A DNA stretch of 64,000 nt from NCBI GenBank assembly GCA_964016885.1, contig OZ024744.1, positions 52,142,001 through 52,206,000 on the forward strand. Direction: 5' to 3'. This document shows, piece by piece, positions 50,210 through 64,000 of the stretch (its first letter is position 1; the number at the start of each line of letters is the position of its first letter). This stretch comes from Eledone cirrhosa (taxonomy: Eukaryota). A program made the position numbers and the translations under genes. The notes under the pieces are model-generated. The model ran no database searches, had not been told where the DNA came from, and saw nothing but the letters and a program-made list of their open reading frames with translations.

Positions 50210-50642
50210 TAGGGCGGAACAATGAGTTAACGACCATCCAAACATGTGTAAATATATATACATATGGATACATGTATACATGTGTATCTATATGCGCGGG
50301 TACATAGAAATAATCGGGCTGGATATCCGATCGCGCAGTTAAACCACTGGGAGTGAAAGACCCTATCCTTTGTCAGGGCATTCTTCTAGGAGAAGGCAAC
50401 TCAGGAAAATGGGATAATTCCGACATAAAACCTGCGGCTTAGTAGTTACCGATGATGTTGATCTTTTCTTCTTTTGGGGTTATAGCTACTGTCGCTCAGA
50501 GAGTGGGATTGGCTCAGTGCACAGTCTTTCCTCACTTAAAAAAGAATCTTCACGTACAGGCATTGCACGATTGCATTAATTGATAATTATTAGTAATGTT
50601 ATATCGTGCAATGGCCATACTCGATAACGAGGGGGAAGCCAT
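50210..50642 (+). mobile_element. Non-autonomous RTE-like element, family B (5'-truncated)
   Basis: Homologous to 58175-58552 and 3340-3570; 3' hairpin CTCG-ATAA-CGAG. Confidence 0.7.
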
Positions 50643-50764
50643 TATATATATATATACATGTATGTATGTATATATGCATAGATGTATGTATACTTCCTTC
50701 TGGCAGAAGTTATTATTGACAGATATTATCAGCAATAGAATGATCAATAGATCAGTGTTGCCTT

Positions 50765-50814
50765 TGCCTTCTACAGGATTAAAACAGTTTCATTCGCATG
50801 AAATCATCAGAAAT
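50765..50814 (-). ncRNA. Minimal hammerhead motif (second family) in a ~180 bp repeat
   Basis: The minus strand reads TTT CTGATGA TTTCATGCGAAT GAAA CTG..CTG TA GAAG. The surrounding 50690-50870 is homologous to 57675-57845. Confidence 0.55.
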
Positions 50815-51021
50815 GTATGTTTATGTATTGATTACCATGGTTTCTTCCCGTCACCGTCCCCTGGTATCAATGGAAACATTGATTCCTTCGTCTGATCTGA
50901 TGTTCTGTTCCTTCGTTTCCTTTTCAATCATAATAAATGTAGAAAACCCATTACAAAAGACTTTCTAAATATCACTATCCAGCCTTTCTTGCAGATATAA
51001 TATATCTTGTACTTTATAGAA

Positions 51022-51916
51022 TACTAGCAATGGTACCCGGCGTTGCACGGGATAAGGTATTTTGGAACGCGGGCCGCCAACAGACCTAATCGAGGAAAAA
51101 CTGCATGCCTGGATAATATGTAAAGAAAATAAACCGAATACTCTGATGGCTGGATAATCTTTAAGATTTTCCTCGATGAAAGAGGAAAAATGCAGGTTTT
51201 CACCTAATGCGGGCCCTAGGGGATCAAGAACATGAATTTTTTTTATGTGCCTAATATGCTTTGAAATTTCGGGAAAAATCGGCTAGACGTAACGCCTCCA
51301 TAAAATGAAGTTTTTCACCTAATGTGGGCTCTAGACCATGCAAAAGTTGGATTTTATTTGCTCACGGTATGAAGAAGAGACTGGCTAATACATAGTTACA
51401 ATTTCAAGGAAATGGGTCTGATGTAACGCCTCAAAAAACCCCTATAAAGCTTAAAAAACGCAGTTTTTCACCTAAGATCTAAATGTTGAATTTTTTATGT
51501 GCATATCACTCACTCGCTGAAACATACGTAATACACATCTAAAGTTTGAAAAAAATCGGTTGGGTACTTCTCGAGTTTTAGGGATTCAAACTAACAGACA
51601 CACACACACAGACAGATATCCTCAGGGAAGTGACGTAATGCAGACAGCCAGACATACAGACAGTATAAGGGCGCGACGTTATATGTATATATCTATCTAA
51701 AAAGAGAAAGACTAAAAATTATAGAGAGAGATCGCTAAATCGCCTAATGCGGTCCCTAAGGCATTGAAAATTTGAATTTTGTTTTGCTCAGAACACTCCC
51801 TGAAACATAAGTATTACATGTGTAAAGTTTGAAAACAGTCGGTTGGGTTGTTCTCGAGTTTTAGGGATTCAAACTCACACACACACAGACAGACATCCTC
51901 AGTTTTATATAAATAG
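51022..51916. mobile_element. Helentron-associated/DINE-1-like non-autonomous element
   Basis: One end is TACTAGC..CCCG-GCGTTGCA-CGGG (hairpin) and the other CAGACAGACA..TTTTATATAAATAGA. Internal repeats at 51541-51592/51824-51875 and TTTTCACCTAA x3. Class assigned from recalled end patterns. Confidence 0.55.
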
Positions 51917-51959
51917 ACTAGCAGAAAACCGCCCTCGGCTGGTTTTCTGCTAGTATATA

Positions 51960-52155
51960 TATATATTACACACACAGAAATCTATATATATTTCTGTGTG
52001 TATATATATATATATATATTACACACACAGAAATGTATATATATTTCTGTGTGTATATATATATATATATTACACACACAGAAATGTATATATATTTCTG
52101 TGTGTATATATATATATTTCTGTGTGTGTGTATATATATATATTACACACACACA
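51960..52155. repeat. ~50 bp minisatellite with palindromic unit ACACAGAAAT..ATTTCTGTGT
   Basis: Four units visible. Confidence 0.85.
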
Positions 52156-52194
52156 GAAATGTATATATGTTTCTGTAGCACTCTCAATTCCCCC

Positions 52195-52432
52195 CTCTCT
52201 CCCTCCCGCTGTCCCCCTCTTGTAGTCTGTCTCTTTCTTTCACTCTCACTCTCTCTTTACGCGTGCGCAAAAAACATTCGCACGCGCGCACGTGTTTTAG
52301 CGTCTATTCACTCTCTCTCTCTCTCCCTCTCTCCCTCCCGCTATCCCCCTCTCGTAGTCTGTCTCTTTCTTTCACTCTCACTCTCTCTCTCTACGCGTGC
52401 GCAAAAAACATATCGCACGCGCGCATGTGTTT
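52195..52432. repeat. ~130 bp tandem duplication
   Basis: CCCTCCCGCT..TACGCGTGCGCAAAAAACAT..CGCACGCGCGCA occurs twice. Confidence 0.85.
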
Positions 52433-54401
52433 CCACTGTCGGACAGACAGACAGAGAAATTGCTGGTTATATATTATAAGGAGATGAGGTTTTGTTTTCT
52501 TGTTATTTGTTAAAAGAACGCTTTGGTTGGTATTTTTAACAAGTCAAACAGCTGTGTAAAGACAGAACTGTACGATTCGCGAAACGGCTTCTCTGTTTAG
52601 ACCAACAAGGTGATGATAATGATGTTCAGGAGGATAGTGATGGTATGAAGAATAAATGGGTGGAGGGGATTTATGGTGTTTTTAAGTAGAATTATAAACA
52701 GAAGTTTAATTTTATACCCTTAGTTTTAAATGTAAAGGAAATATTACAATAAAAGGAAGAGGAAAATGGGATTATCAAAAACAACATTTTCATTGTTAAG
52801 TGGAGGAATCTCATTCATCTTGGCCACCTCACGTTGAGACTCATTCCTTCGTTCCAATCTTGTCATTGGATAGCAGACACCAACTTAATAAATTAACAGA
52901 AGATGCCTAAATACGGACAGATTCCTTTTTGCATCTGTTGCTGTTGAGATTTCTTGCTTCCTCTGCTTTTGAAATGTTATAATCCTCAACAAAATGTGAA
53001 CGAAACATCGTAACTGAGGAAAGGACATTCAGAAGACGAGTGGCTGGTGCAGTGGCTGGTGAAGTGGCTGGTGCAGTGGCTGGTGCAGTGGCTATTGCTG
53101 GATGTTCTTCGTGGCTACACTTTAGTCTTATTGATCACGGAGCCAAAGTGATTTATGATCTTCAGCCGACCGTGCAAAGATGGCTTCTCTCTGTTTTTGT
53201 TTTCGTTAACGGAGTTGACCGTGAATCGAAATCAAAATAATTATATCATGGTAGAGTAATTTTACCGCAGTTGTACATGTCTGGAATGTGACTTGATCTG
53301 AATTTTGTTGAAACTAAAGGAATTACATCATGGAAGAGCCAGTTAAATTAAATTTTCATTTATTTCCTGGGGCGAGAAACCTTTCATCACATGTTTTGCG
53401 ACCTCGTCACTGCAATCGAATTGTTCCAATGACAACGTCCCGAAGACCATGATGAAAATTTTAACAACAAAATAAAAGAAAACGGAACACACCAATTTTA
53501 TGTGTTTTTTTAAACGGTCAAAACTAATAGAAAATGATGGGATTGAAAGGTATAATTTGGAATAAAGACTATTAAAAAAGTGAGTGATTTAGTGGTTAGA
53601 GTGTTTGGTTCAGATTACAGGAATGGTGAGTTCGATTGGTGCCAGGAGATTTCACTTTGTTCCAGTTGACACAGTTTAGAAAAAAATAGCTGTACCTTTA
53701 ATTCAAAAGGATAACCTTTTCACATACTATATCAAGCTAAATCTTTCTAAGAACTACTTTCAATGGTACACTGTCTATGAAATTCTCAGACATTTACACT
53801 ATATTACAAGATGGACTATATATGCAATTGAAAGAGCCAGCTTTGTCATACACGGTCACATTGATCTCCTTCAGAACTATGTTAGGGGTACACACGTCTA
53901 TGGGAAGTCCACCAAGCCACTTACACGTTAATTTAATGAGCTGACTGTTCTGTTCATCAAATAACTGGAACACATGTCATTTGTAATCGACGGAGGTCCA
54001 ACAAATGTTGAAAAAACAACAACAACAACAACAACAAGAACAACTGTTGGTAATTCTAAAATAGAAGGAAGGCATAAACCTTCCACTTGTTTGATCAACA
54101 GGACAACCTGCTCCTGAAATTAAAACACAGGTGGCTGAGCATTCCACAGATAAATGTATCCTTAACGTAATTCTCTGGAAAATTCAGCGTGGTATACTCT
54201 ATGGTAAGGCTGGTCATTAGAGTTACAGTCCATCAAACATTTTCCGCCTACCGAATTTCACTCAAAAAGCATTGGCCAGTCCGACGTTATAGAAAATTTC
54301 ATTCGGCCAAGATGTCATGCAGAGAGATCGAACATGGGATTAATGATTGCGAAACGAACTTCGTAACCATTCGGCTATGCTTTATTCACAGAGGGTAAAT
54401 A

Positions 54402-54583
54402 ATTGTCTCATCTTTTGGCACAAGGCCAGCAATTACCCAGTATTACTGGTACTTTATTTTATCGACCCCGTAAGGAAGAAAGGCAAAGTTAACATCGGCG
54501 GGATTTGAACTCAGAACACAAAGGGCGATAACTGTATGCTGCAAAACATGGTGTCTGACGCTCTACCGATACTGCCGGTCCAC
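54402..54583 (-). mobile_element. Family-1 SINE with 15-bp TSD
   Basis: TSD CACAGAGGGTAAATA at 54387-54401 and 54584-54598. Confidence 0.9.
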
Positions 54584-54921
54584 CACAGAGGGTAAATATT
54601 AGAGAAAAGATTGCACTGGAAATCTATGTGACATCAACTAAGAATGGTGAATTGTTTTATTAGCTTATACGTTGATTACTGGTTAAAGGGAGGAATAAAA
54701 GAATATGTTTAAAATGGAAGATATTAGCCTGTATAGAGCATCAGGTTTCATCAGCTTTCATAGTCACTTTATTGTTTGTCGTCGGTGTTGTGTAAAGTAG
54801 GGCATAAATGGCGGTCGTTAAATAAGGACTTTTGTTTCCCGTACAACACTACAACACAGCAGTAGAAGCAACAGAGTATTTGTGTAATATATATGTATAT
54901 ATATATATATATGTATGTATG

Positions 54922-54952
<31 letters not shown>

Positions 54953-55051
54953 ATATACATGCATGTATGTATATATATATATATATATATATATGCGTAT
55001 GTATGTATGTGCGTGTATGTGTATGTGTATAAATATACATACATATATATA

Positions 55052-55128
<77 letters not shown>

Positions 55129-55423
55129 TACATATATATATGCATACACACACATAAATATATATGCATATGTGTGCATGCGTGGGAGTGTATGTCTATA
55201 CATATGAATATACGTATAGACATTATAAAAATAGGCATATATTATGTGTATAGATTTATACTATTATAGGCACCCGTTTTACGTGTGTTGTATTGAAGCG
55301 AATAACTATGTGTATACTCTGGGACTGTATCTTACCTTGCCCATGGAGTACGCTGAGATACAACCGGTCTCGGCATTGATAAATATGCTGGGTCCGTCAA
55401 CTCATTATTATTACCTATATATA

Positions 55424-55609
55424 AGGGCGGTGAATTGGCAGTATCGGTGGAGGGTCGGACGCCATGCTTTCCAGCATAGTTACGTCCCTTTACGATCTGA
55501 GTTCAAATCCCGCCGAGGTTGACTTTGCCTTTCATCCTTACGGGGTCGATAAAATAAAGTACCAGTAACGCACTGGGTAATTGCTGACCTTGTGCCTAAA
55601 GTAGAAACA
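55424..55609 (+). mobile_element. Full-length family-1 SINE with 17-bp TSD
   Basis: TSD ATTATTACCTATATATA at 55407-55423 and 55610-55626; A and B boxes intact. Confidence 0.9.
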
Positions 55610-55646
55610 ATTATTACCTATATATATATATATACGCACACACAAA

Positions 55647-55781
<135 letters not shown>

Positions 55782-56221
55782 CAGGTCTAGCAAATAGAGA
55801 AAAAGTTTTTAAATAAATTTAAAAAAATTCGCTGTACTTACTATATGTGCCTTCACCGCGGTTTCAAATCCCAAAATAAACGGATAATCCAAGCGGATAT
55901 ACATTGAGAAGGGGACTCTCTTCAGAAGGCTCTTCTAGCTCGGAGAATATAAAATTTCCGAGTTTAAATCACGAACTGACGCCATACAAAACTGTTCCCG
56001 GATGAGAGTGAATGATTAAAGAAACAATTTTGTCTAGTGCCGTGTGTAAAGACAGAAGGCAGGGTGGACAGGTCAATGTCCTGCCACTAGAAATAGCAAC
56101 AGTTCAAACGACCAAATGTTATCTCAACCTTAGGAGAGATTAATAATAATAAAGTATGTGTTCCCACGTGTAAAAAATACATATAGGGATACAAGTAGTA
56201 TCCAACCGTATGCCAATGTGG

Positions 56222-56280
<59 letters not shown>

Positions 56281-57749
56281 CTCTCTGTAAAATCGGTTGA
56301 TTTTTGCTTTTGTTATCTTGGATGCTCTTATGTATGTTATATTAGTAAGGGTGGTAGTTAGGTTATAAGTAGTAATATAGTTGGTTAGCGGTTGTTATTT
56401 AGAGGCGGGTATAGTTTGCAAATGTTAGTAGAAGGCATTTAATTTATCTACACACACATTGGTGCAAGTCGATTGTAGTTTGAGAACGTATCTTTTACAT
56501 AGAGGAGAAAAAGGAGGAAGATGGGGAGGAGGCGGAGGGGGAGGAGTTTGAGGAAGAGGTGGTTTAACAGTTTTCACTGTGGATGTTGATTGATAAACAT
56601 CTATGTCAGAATGGGCAGCTTGGGTTGTGTGGTCAATAGATGTAGTTTAAATTCTACTAATGATATAGCGAGAACATTGTTCTTAGGTGAACTTGTTCAG
56701 AGGACCGTTTTGTTTAGTGGTAAAACGGTTGCTGTGTCATTGTCGATATTAGAAAATGTGTATTTAAAGCTGCAGACTGTGTTTTGTACAAGCAGCGAAG
56801 TTGCGTGATTTGATCTGGTTTATGGTTCAAAATGGCCATGTTAACTGAACTACCAGACATTGCACGTGTATTCGGGATAGCTCAAATGCCCCGAGGCAGA
56901 CCATCGCTAAATGGTCCCTCGTATTCACTTCTCTCCAATTTGAATCCACTGGAGTAGGTCAAAATAAACCCAACAACTTTGGATTGCAAAGTTATTCTTA
57001 TGTGGTTGAACTGAAAGCAACAGTTTGGTGGAAAATGTTATTCCAGGAGATGCATGGGCTGAGATATTTTGTTGTGTGTAAAGGTTTTATAGAAGTCTTG
57101 TCAAAGTTAAGGGTTTCAAGGTGGATAGCTATCGGAAGTTGAATTGCGAATCTAAAAACGAGGAGGAGGGAAATAATTGTATTTTGTAATATATAGGACA
57201 AATCATTGAGTCACTACATCACCATCTCAATGAACATAAACAAGACTTCAATGACGCAACGTGTTGGTGATAATGAATCCTGACCAATCAAACTTATACT
57301 ATATGTAAATGAACTTTTCCGGCAGATGTTTTAACAATTCTCTTGATTCTGAATGACACCAACGTGAAATTTGTTTTCGATCATTTTGGGGTCGATAAAT
57401 TTAGTACTCGTCTAGACAGTATCTGTTCGAGCTGTGTCTTCTGATTTCAAATCAAGCGTCTTATAACCGAAAAGGATGGCTTTGACGGTTTTGTCAGAAA
57501 AAATGACATACAGATAGTATCAGCAATCGAAATACAAATGGGAACATAGATTCCATTTGGGCCGATCTGACAATTAACTCTTTTCTTCTGCAAGAAGTTA
57601 TGTCTAACAAATAGTATCAGCAATGGAAATATTAATAGAAACATTGTTTCCTTGGTCTAATCTGATAAACAACTCCTTTCTTCTGCCAGAAGTTGTGACT
57701 GACAGATAATATCTACAACAGAAGGAAAAATGGAAGCAGTGTTGATTTT

Positions 57750-57798
57750 GTCTTCTACAGGACTAGAACTGTTTCATTCGTATAAAATCATCAGTAAT
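57750..57798 (-). ncRNA. Minimal hammerhead motif (second family)
   Basis: The minus strand reads CTGATGA TTTTATACGAAT GAAA CAG TTCTAGTC CTG TA GAAG. Confidence 0.6.
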
Positions 57799-58017
57799 GT
57801 ATACTTGTGTATTGATTACTATACTTAACTATCGTTTCTTCCCGCCCCTTTCGGAAAACCATCCTTACTTATATATATGTATATAATTGAGTGTATATAT
57901 GTGCATGTATATACGCTAGTAAGTATGTGTGTATGTATGTATGTATATATATATATATGTATGTACGTTTGAGTGTATGTCTGTATGTATGTATATATGT
58001 TAGTATCTATGGATATA

Positions 58018-58552
58018 TTGTCGGGTTACTCTTGAGTGCTACGGGTAACATGTAATCCAGTACAACCTGTCTCAAGGTCGGGTCGTCGGCGACTAAACCG
58101 GCAACCCCACCAAGTTTACTTGGTGAGGAGGGTGATTTTGGACACCCTGCAGGACAAAAATCAAAACCTGACAAAGGGCGGAATAACTCATAAGAATCAA
58201 CGGCCATCCAAAAGTGTGTAAATATGTATATACACATGTACCGCGCGATTAAACTACTGGGAGTGAAGGAACCCTAGCATTTGAGGAGTTGCCTTCTAGG
58301 AGAAAGCAACTCTGGAAACTGGGATAACTCCGATATAAAACCTGCGGCTCAGTAGTTACCGATGATGTTCATCTTTTCTTCTTTTTGGGTTATAGCTACT
58401 GTGACTCAGAGAGTGGGATTGGCTCAGTGCACAGTCTTTCATCACTTTAAAAAATATCTTCACGCACAGGCATTGCACGATAGAATTAATTAATAATTAT
58501 TAATAATGGTATATCGTGCAATGGCTATACTCGATAACGAGGGGGCAGACAT
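58018..58552 (+). mobile_element. Non-autonomous RTE-like element, family B, (TATG)n tail 58553-58640
   Basis: The 5' part is homologous to the family A 5' part; the 3' part is homologous to 50330-50640. Confidence 0.7.
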
Positions 58553-58640
58553 CATGTATGTATGTATGTATGTATGTATGTATGTATGTATGTATGTATG
58601 TATGTATGTATGTATGTATGTATGTATGTATGTATGTATG

Positions 58641-59333
58641 TTATCTCTTTCTCTTAATTTCGAGTATATTTTTTGACCGGCTACCTTCCTGGTGGCAAGG
58701 TTGTAAAAAAAAATGAAATTGTCATCCCTTGAATCGCAAGAATGTTTTGCAAATTTTGAAGGTGCCAGCTATCGCAACCATTTGTAGACTATGAATTAGG
58801 GAGCTGCGCTCTTTGTCCGCAAATCCAAGTTCAGTCATACTTTGGTCCAAGCGGGATGGTATATAACCTGTAGCTCCAATAATGATGGGTATGAAGCTAA
58901 AGGTGTATCTTGGATACTGGATTTGTAAACTCCTCATCACTGGTCCGTAGATGTCCTCCTCCTGTATTTTTCTGACAACGTTTACATCAAGTGGGCAGCT
59001 GATCTCTACAACAGAACACGTTTTCGATGTGTCGTCCCAAACAACAATATCAGGCCGGTTGTGCTTTAATTTGGTGGCAGTTTTTATTTTCAGGTTCCCC
59101 AGTATCCCTTAGTGCCATATTTCTCAATATATTCTTCCTCGTTTGTTGTTAATTTTGTTTTCCGAAGTGCGTTACAGATGGTTTTTAGCTATCCCATCGT
59201 GTCTCATGGTGAGGTAGTAGCGAGATGACATTCTTTCGCAGCTGGCAACAATGTGGCTTACATCTTCGATCTTTTACATAGCCTACATTTATTGTCAGCT
59301 GATGGCCCTCCTCTTTTGTGTAGCAGATATTTG
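58641..59333 (-). mobile_element. RLE-type LINE 3' fragment (relative of 49330-50195), (CATA)n at both ends
   Basis: TKYLLHKR..CRLC..HIVASC..SRYYLTMRHD, HNRPDIVVW, VVEISCP and PIIIGATG. Confidence 0.85.
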
Positions 59334-59350
59334 GTATGTATGTATGTATG

Positions 59351-59940
59351 TGGTAACATGTATCCCAGTACAACCTGTCTCATGGTCGGATCGTTGGCGA
59401 CTAAACTGGCAACCCCACCAATGTTTCTTGGTGAGGAGGGTGACTTTGGACAGACATCCTGCAGGACTAAAAACAAAACCTGTCAAAGAGCAAAGTTGCT
59501 CTTAAGAGTCAATGGCCATCCAAAATCACCGGGAGAGATGAGCCCTTAGCCTTTGTCAAGGCAGAATTCTAGGAGAAGGAAAACTCTGATATAACACCTG
59601 CAACCCTGATGGTATCCAATGATGTTGACTTGTTCTTCTTTTTGGTAAATATTATCTTGGTTAAGAGAGTGGGACTGGCTTTGTGAAGTGCCTTTGCTCA
59701 CTATAAAAGCTTCACTGCACAGGTATTGCTTTATATCTGGAGATCTCTCTGCACTTGTCGTCACATGGTACCATGGGCCCAGCACTATGTGTCAATAACT
59801 GTCACATGTATAGTGTTTGTACCAGAGTTTTCAAGTCACTGGCTGGACTAAAAAGTCACACTCGTTCAGCGCATCGGTAGGGGTTCTCCTACATGGATAT
59901 AAAGTAGTGGCCGTACTCGAAAACGAGTTGGCAGCCACCA
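59351..59940 (+). mobile_element. Non-autonomous RTE-like element, family A
   Basis: Near-identical to 48693-49278; (TATG)n on both sides. Confidence 0.75.
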
Positions 59941-60627
59941 TGTATGTATGTATGTGTGTATGTATGTAGGTGTGTATGTATGTATGTGTGTATGTATGTG
60001 CGTGTGTATATGACTTTACATATGAGAAAAAAAACAACAATGTAAAAATCCTATCCCATAAGCTTGGCAACTTTGCAAAATGGAAACGACTTAAAGAAAC
60101 CAAACTAAATTTGTAACATTTGTGGGACACCTATGTTGTTTTTGCAGTTGTTGTCTAGATCAGACGGTGCAGGGATACGATGAAAGTCATTTCAACCGCG
60201 ACCTTCCCATCTTTTTGTTTTGTGACATACTTTCTACATTATCAAATGTATTCTTTTTTCAATATAGTAGCGTAGGATCTGAATTAAATTTGACTGCTAT
60301 TTCTAACAGATGAAGCAATCACGTTCACGAGCCTTCATTTGTACATGAGGTTTAAAGTAGATTCATTTGAAACAATTACCGGAGTAGTAATTCTTTTTTC
60401 GATCACGTAGAAATGAAATTCATAATTTGATTTAGGCCAGGTGTATGTATGCATGGACACGTAATTCCTGGGAGAATCATAGCGGCGCCGTATTAACGCA
60501 CAGCATTTATAGTTCATTTATTTAAACCTGGTGGAATATATTTCCTCTGCAGGCCTGAGTTAGCAGGTTCCTTCCAGAGAAGGATACTGAGTACGAGAGA
60601 GGGAGTGAGAAAGATACATAGAGGAAG

Positions 60628-60941
60628 AATCGACCCAAATATTTGATTGTTATTTTTTTTTTATCGACCTCGAAAGGATCAAAGGCAAAGTTGACCTCGG
60701 CGTTATTTGAACTCCGAAAGCAGAGAACTGAAGCGAATATCGCAAAGTATTTTATCCAACGTTATTATGACACTATCATAGAGTTATATCCCTTGCCATT
60801 CTGAGTTCAAATCCCGTCGAGGTTAACTTTGCCTTTCATCCTTACGGGGTCGTAAAATAAAATACCAGTAATACACTGGTCTAATTGCTGGCCTTGTGCC
60901 AAAAGTAGAAACAGTTATTATGACACTGCTAATTCGTCGCC
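60628..60941 (-). mobile_element. Old family-1 SINE interrupted by a younger SINE
   Basis: The body at 60628-60774 continues after the insertion as GCTAATTCGTCGCC. Confidence 0.7.
60775..60913 (+). mobile_element. 5'-truncated family-1 SINE with 14-bp TSD
   Basis: TSD GTTATTATGACACT at 60761-60774 and 60914-60927. Confidence 0.88.
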
Positions 60942-61858
60942 TTTTAGGCAAGCCAAAGAAATAAAATAGCCAAATCCATTTACGTAGTTTGTTATATATA
61001 CATAACTTTGATAAAAAAAAAAATGAACACATACGAAGCAACAAATGAGCCTTTGTGTAATGTGTTGAATGCCTCGAAATAACAACCAAATCTTTCCAAT
61101 TTAACATCATATTATCTTCATATTAGATCAGTTATGTTTCAAGCCCCAATACGAAACCTCTTATTTACGTTTATAATCTATCTGATGGTGTTTTATGCAA
61201 TTTATGTCGACGCAATTTCACTCACAAGTTTTAAGTCGACTTAAATATATGGCAAAAACACTTTCTCAAGATGCCCACTCAATAGAATGCAGCTTGGAAC
61301 CACAGGAGTATGAAGCGAGCTTGTTAACCACTGACTCATAATTACGTCACAACACAGCAACACTAGAAACGAATTCGAAAACAACAAATCTCGTTTAAAG
61401 GTAAATCTGTTGTCCAAGTTCGGATCTGGTTGGGCAAACATGATAAAACAAACATTCCAGTCATGAACCTTAGACCATGCTGCAGCCTTGTTTTACCTGT
61501 GATGTCTAAACAATTAAAGAACACCACATATCTAATACTATATTATCTATCGTAATCTAACATAGCATCATCTGTTATCAAAATTTGGCTGCTATTTCTA
61601 GCTGATAGAAGTAAAATTTAACATTCTAAGCTAACTCCGAAGGTGTGCCCTATTATTCCAAGCAATAATTTCAACTTACAAATTTGTAAGCTAAGATTTT
61701 TACAATTCTGATGACATAAAGAAAATGATTAGCGAGTATTTTCCACTCCACATACCACACTCACCCACGCCAAATCATGTGACAGGTCATAACACAAAAT
61801 AACCCGCTTTGCCACTTTCAATGTTTCCAAAATGCTGCTACATGGCAGATATATTTAG

Positions 61859-61941
61859 TTTCTTCTTCTTCTTCTTCTTCTTCTTCTTCTTCTTCTTCTT
61901 CTTCTTCTTCTTCTTCTTCTTCTTCTTCTTCTTCTTCTTCT
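61859..61941. repeat. (TTC)n microsatellite
   Basis: Visible directly in the sequence. Confidence 0.95.
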
Positions 61942-62984
61942 CCCCCACCCCTTCTTCTTCTTCATGGATGTCATCCAACCATCTTGCTCGGCGTCTTACC
62001 CCTGAGTCTCATGCCTGTTGGTTTAGCCCGTAAAATCTGTCCAGCGTATCTATCCTGAGACATTCTAACCACATACCCATAGTATCGGAGCTGTGATCAC
62101 TCAATATATTTAAGTAAATAAAGGTGGCTGTCTAGTTGGCCTTAATGGTAGCGCCTGTCCTGTATAGACAATACAGGTCAGCTGGTATCAAATAATACAT
62201 GTAACCTTGACGTTCTTAAGACGTTTATGATGCAACATGTTGATCTCAGCTGGATAATAAGGATTTTCATTTTCAAATATTTACCTAGCATTTTTTATCT
62301 TTGCATTACTATGTTATTATTATTATTATCATTATTATTAATATTATTGTTGTTGTTGTTATTATTAACTATAACCACCTCCACGACCACCACAATCTTC
62401 TTCTTCTTCTTCTTCTTCTTCTTCTTCGTCAAACTAATACTGCTGTTATTACTATTAGAACTATTACTACTATAAGTTACATAAGCTGTTGTATTACAGG
62501 AACAAAACCACTCAGTTTTAAAGTCTTACAATACAAAAACCTTTTTGTTTCAAGAGTAGGAGGCGGAGGAGGAGGAGGGAAGAAGAAGAAGAAGAAGAAG
62601 GAGACGAAGAAGAAGAAGAAGAGGGGGGGGGGGAGAAGGAGCAGGAGGAGGAAGAGGGCGGAGGAGTAGGTAGACAAGAAGACAACAATATCAGGGAGGA
62701 TTAATGTAAGTTTGCAAAGTTTTTTTACTTATCTCTCGGTCGCTAACCTCACCTATGTTATGTTGAGCAGGTGACTAACTATTCTCTTAGTCTGCAAGCT
62801 CACTTATTTATCTATTCTACCTTCAGCAGGTGACTAACACGTGCAACATTCCATCGAACTTCTCTTTCATTCCACGTTACAGTCACTTATTGCATTGTAC
62901 AGTTGTAGCATTGTAGCATGGCTTTGTTGCTATTTTTTTCTTAAGCTCTTGCTGCAGCCGCTTGGATTATGTATGCTTTATATG

Positions 62985-63268
62985 TTGGTTAAGAGAGTGG
63001 GACTGGCTTTGTGCAGTGCCTTTGCTCACTCTAAAAGCTTCACGGCACAGGCATTGCTTTATATCTGGAGATCTATCTGCACTTGTCATCACATGATACC
63101 ATGGGCCCAGCACTATGTGTCAATAAATATCACAAGTGTAGTGTTTGTACCAGAGTTTTCAAGTCGCTGGCTGAACTAAAAAGTCACACTCGTTCAGCGC
63201 ATCGGTAGGGGTTCTCCTACATGGTTATAAAGTAGTGGCCGTACTCGAAAAGGAGTTGGCAGCCACCA
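62985..63268 (+). mobile_element. 5'-truncated family A RTE-like element
   Basis: Matches 48995-49278; TATG sequence lies upstream and at the tail. Confidence 0.75.
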
Positions 63269-63270
63269 TA

Positions 63271-63407
<137 letters not shown>

Positions 63408-63865
63408 TGTTATACTTGGGGATGGTCATATTTTTGTAATAATATTGCCAGAAATAATAACAGAACACACTCACTGTTTGGTTGGTTTTCTCTTCTGTAT
63501 CTTTTATATCTCCACAGTTAATTCATCCGGTCCTTCCTAAATGTATACAATTCACTGACCAACGGTAAAAAATGCACCTATAATATAGGTATAAACACAT
63601 ATATATGTATATATATATATAGAGAGAGAGAGAGATTCAGCGAGAATCACATTTCGGCGGGTAGAAATGGCGAAACGAAACGCATGAATCAGATAAAATA
63701 CTGGCAAGCGCTCCATAGTTAAAAAACCAGAGCTAAACAATATGTTAAGACGCCATACAAAACTGAAATAGTTGTCAGGAAAGCATCAACCACCTAAGCC
63801 AAAAAGCAAATCAAGCTAAACAGCTCAAAACAAAATAAATGATAAAAATACATGATAAAAATTAA

Positions 63866-63943
<78 letters not shown>

Positions 63944-64000
63944 GTATATAAGTATGTATACGTACATATATATATGTATACAGACGTACAGTAGTAAGTA

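Noticed and set aside
55905-55960. Minus-strand CTGAAGA with GAG/CTC stem
   Set aside because: No GAAA box or stem III follows.
56400-57230. Possible ancient LINE RT relic on the minus strand
   Set aside because: Only a KYL-like hint; no diagnostic motif recoverable by eye.
62765-62838. AGCAGGTGACTAAC twice (E-box-like)
   Set aside because: Too short to support a regulatory call without conservation data.

Overview
AT-rich, microsatellite-dense animal genomic DNA. The SINE and repeat content suggests a cephalopod such as Octopus (inference, not verified). No host protein-coding gene is recognisable. The window is built from retroelements and simple repeats. (1) A ~20 kb cluster (8.9-29.1 kb) has R4/Dong-like RT+restriction-like-endonuclease (RLE) LINEs on + and Tx1-like APE+RT LINEs on -, joined mostly through (TAA)n tracts; one Dong copy is intact except for a +1 A in a homopolymer. 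(2) A tRNA-derived SINE resembles the Tx1-like LINE at its 3' end, and its target-site duplications (TSDs) start in ATT/TTA. (3) Two clusters (48.5-50.7 kb, 57.9-60.0 kb) repeat the same architecture on (TATG)n, with non-autonomous RTE-like elements on + and a second RLE LINE family on -. (4) Several minimal hammerhead-ribozyme motifs of Penelope type are present. (5) A ~9.4 kb (AGT)n array has higher-order structure; other compound satellites, RTE and CRE relics and a Helentron/HINE-like element are also present. Best candidate for an undescribed system: microsatellite niches each shared, in opposite orientation, by an RLE LINE and an APE-dependent LINE/SINE. Coordinates were read by eye and boundaries may be off by a few to tens of bases.
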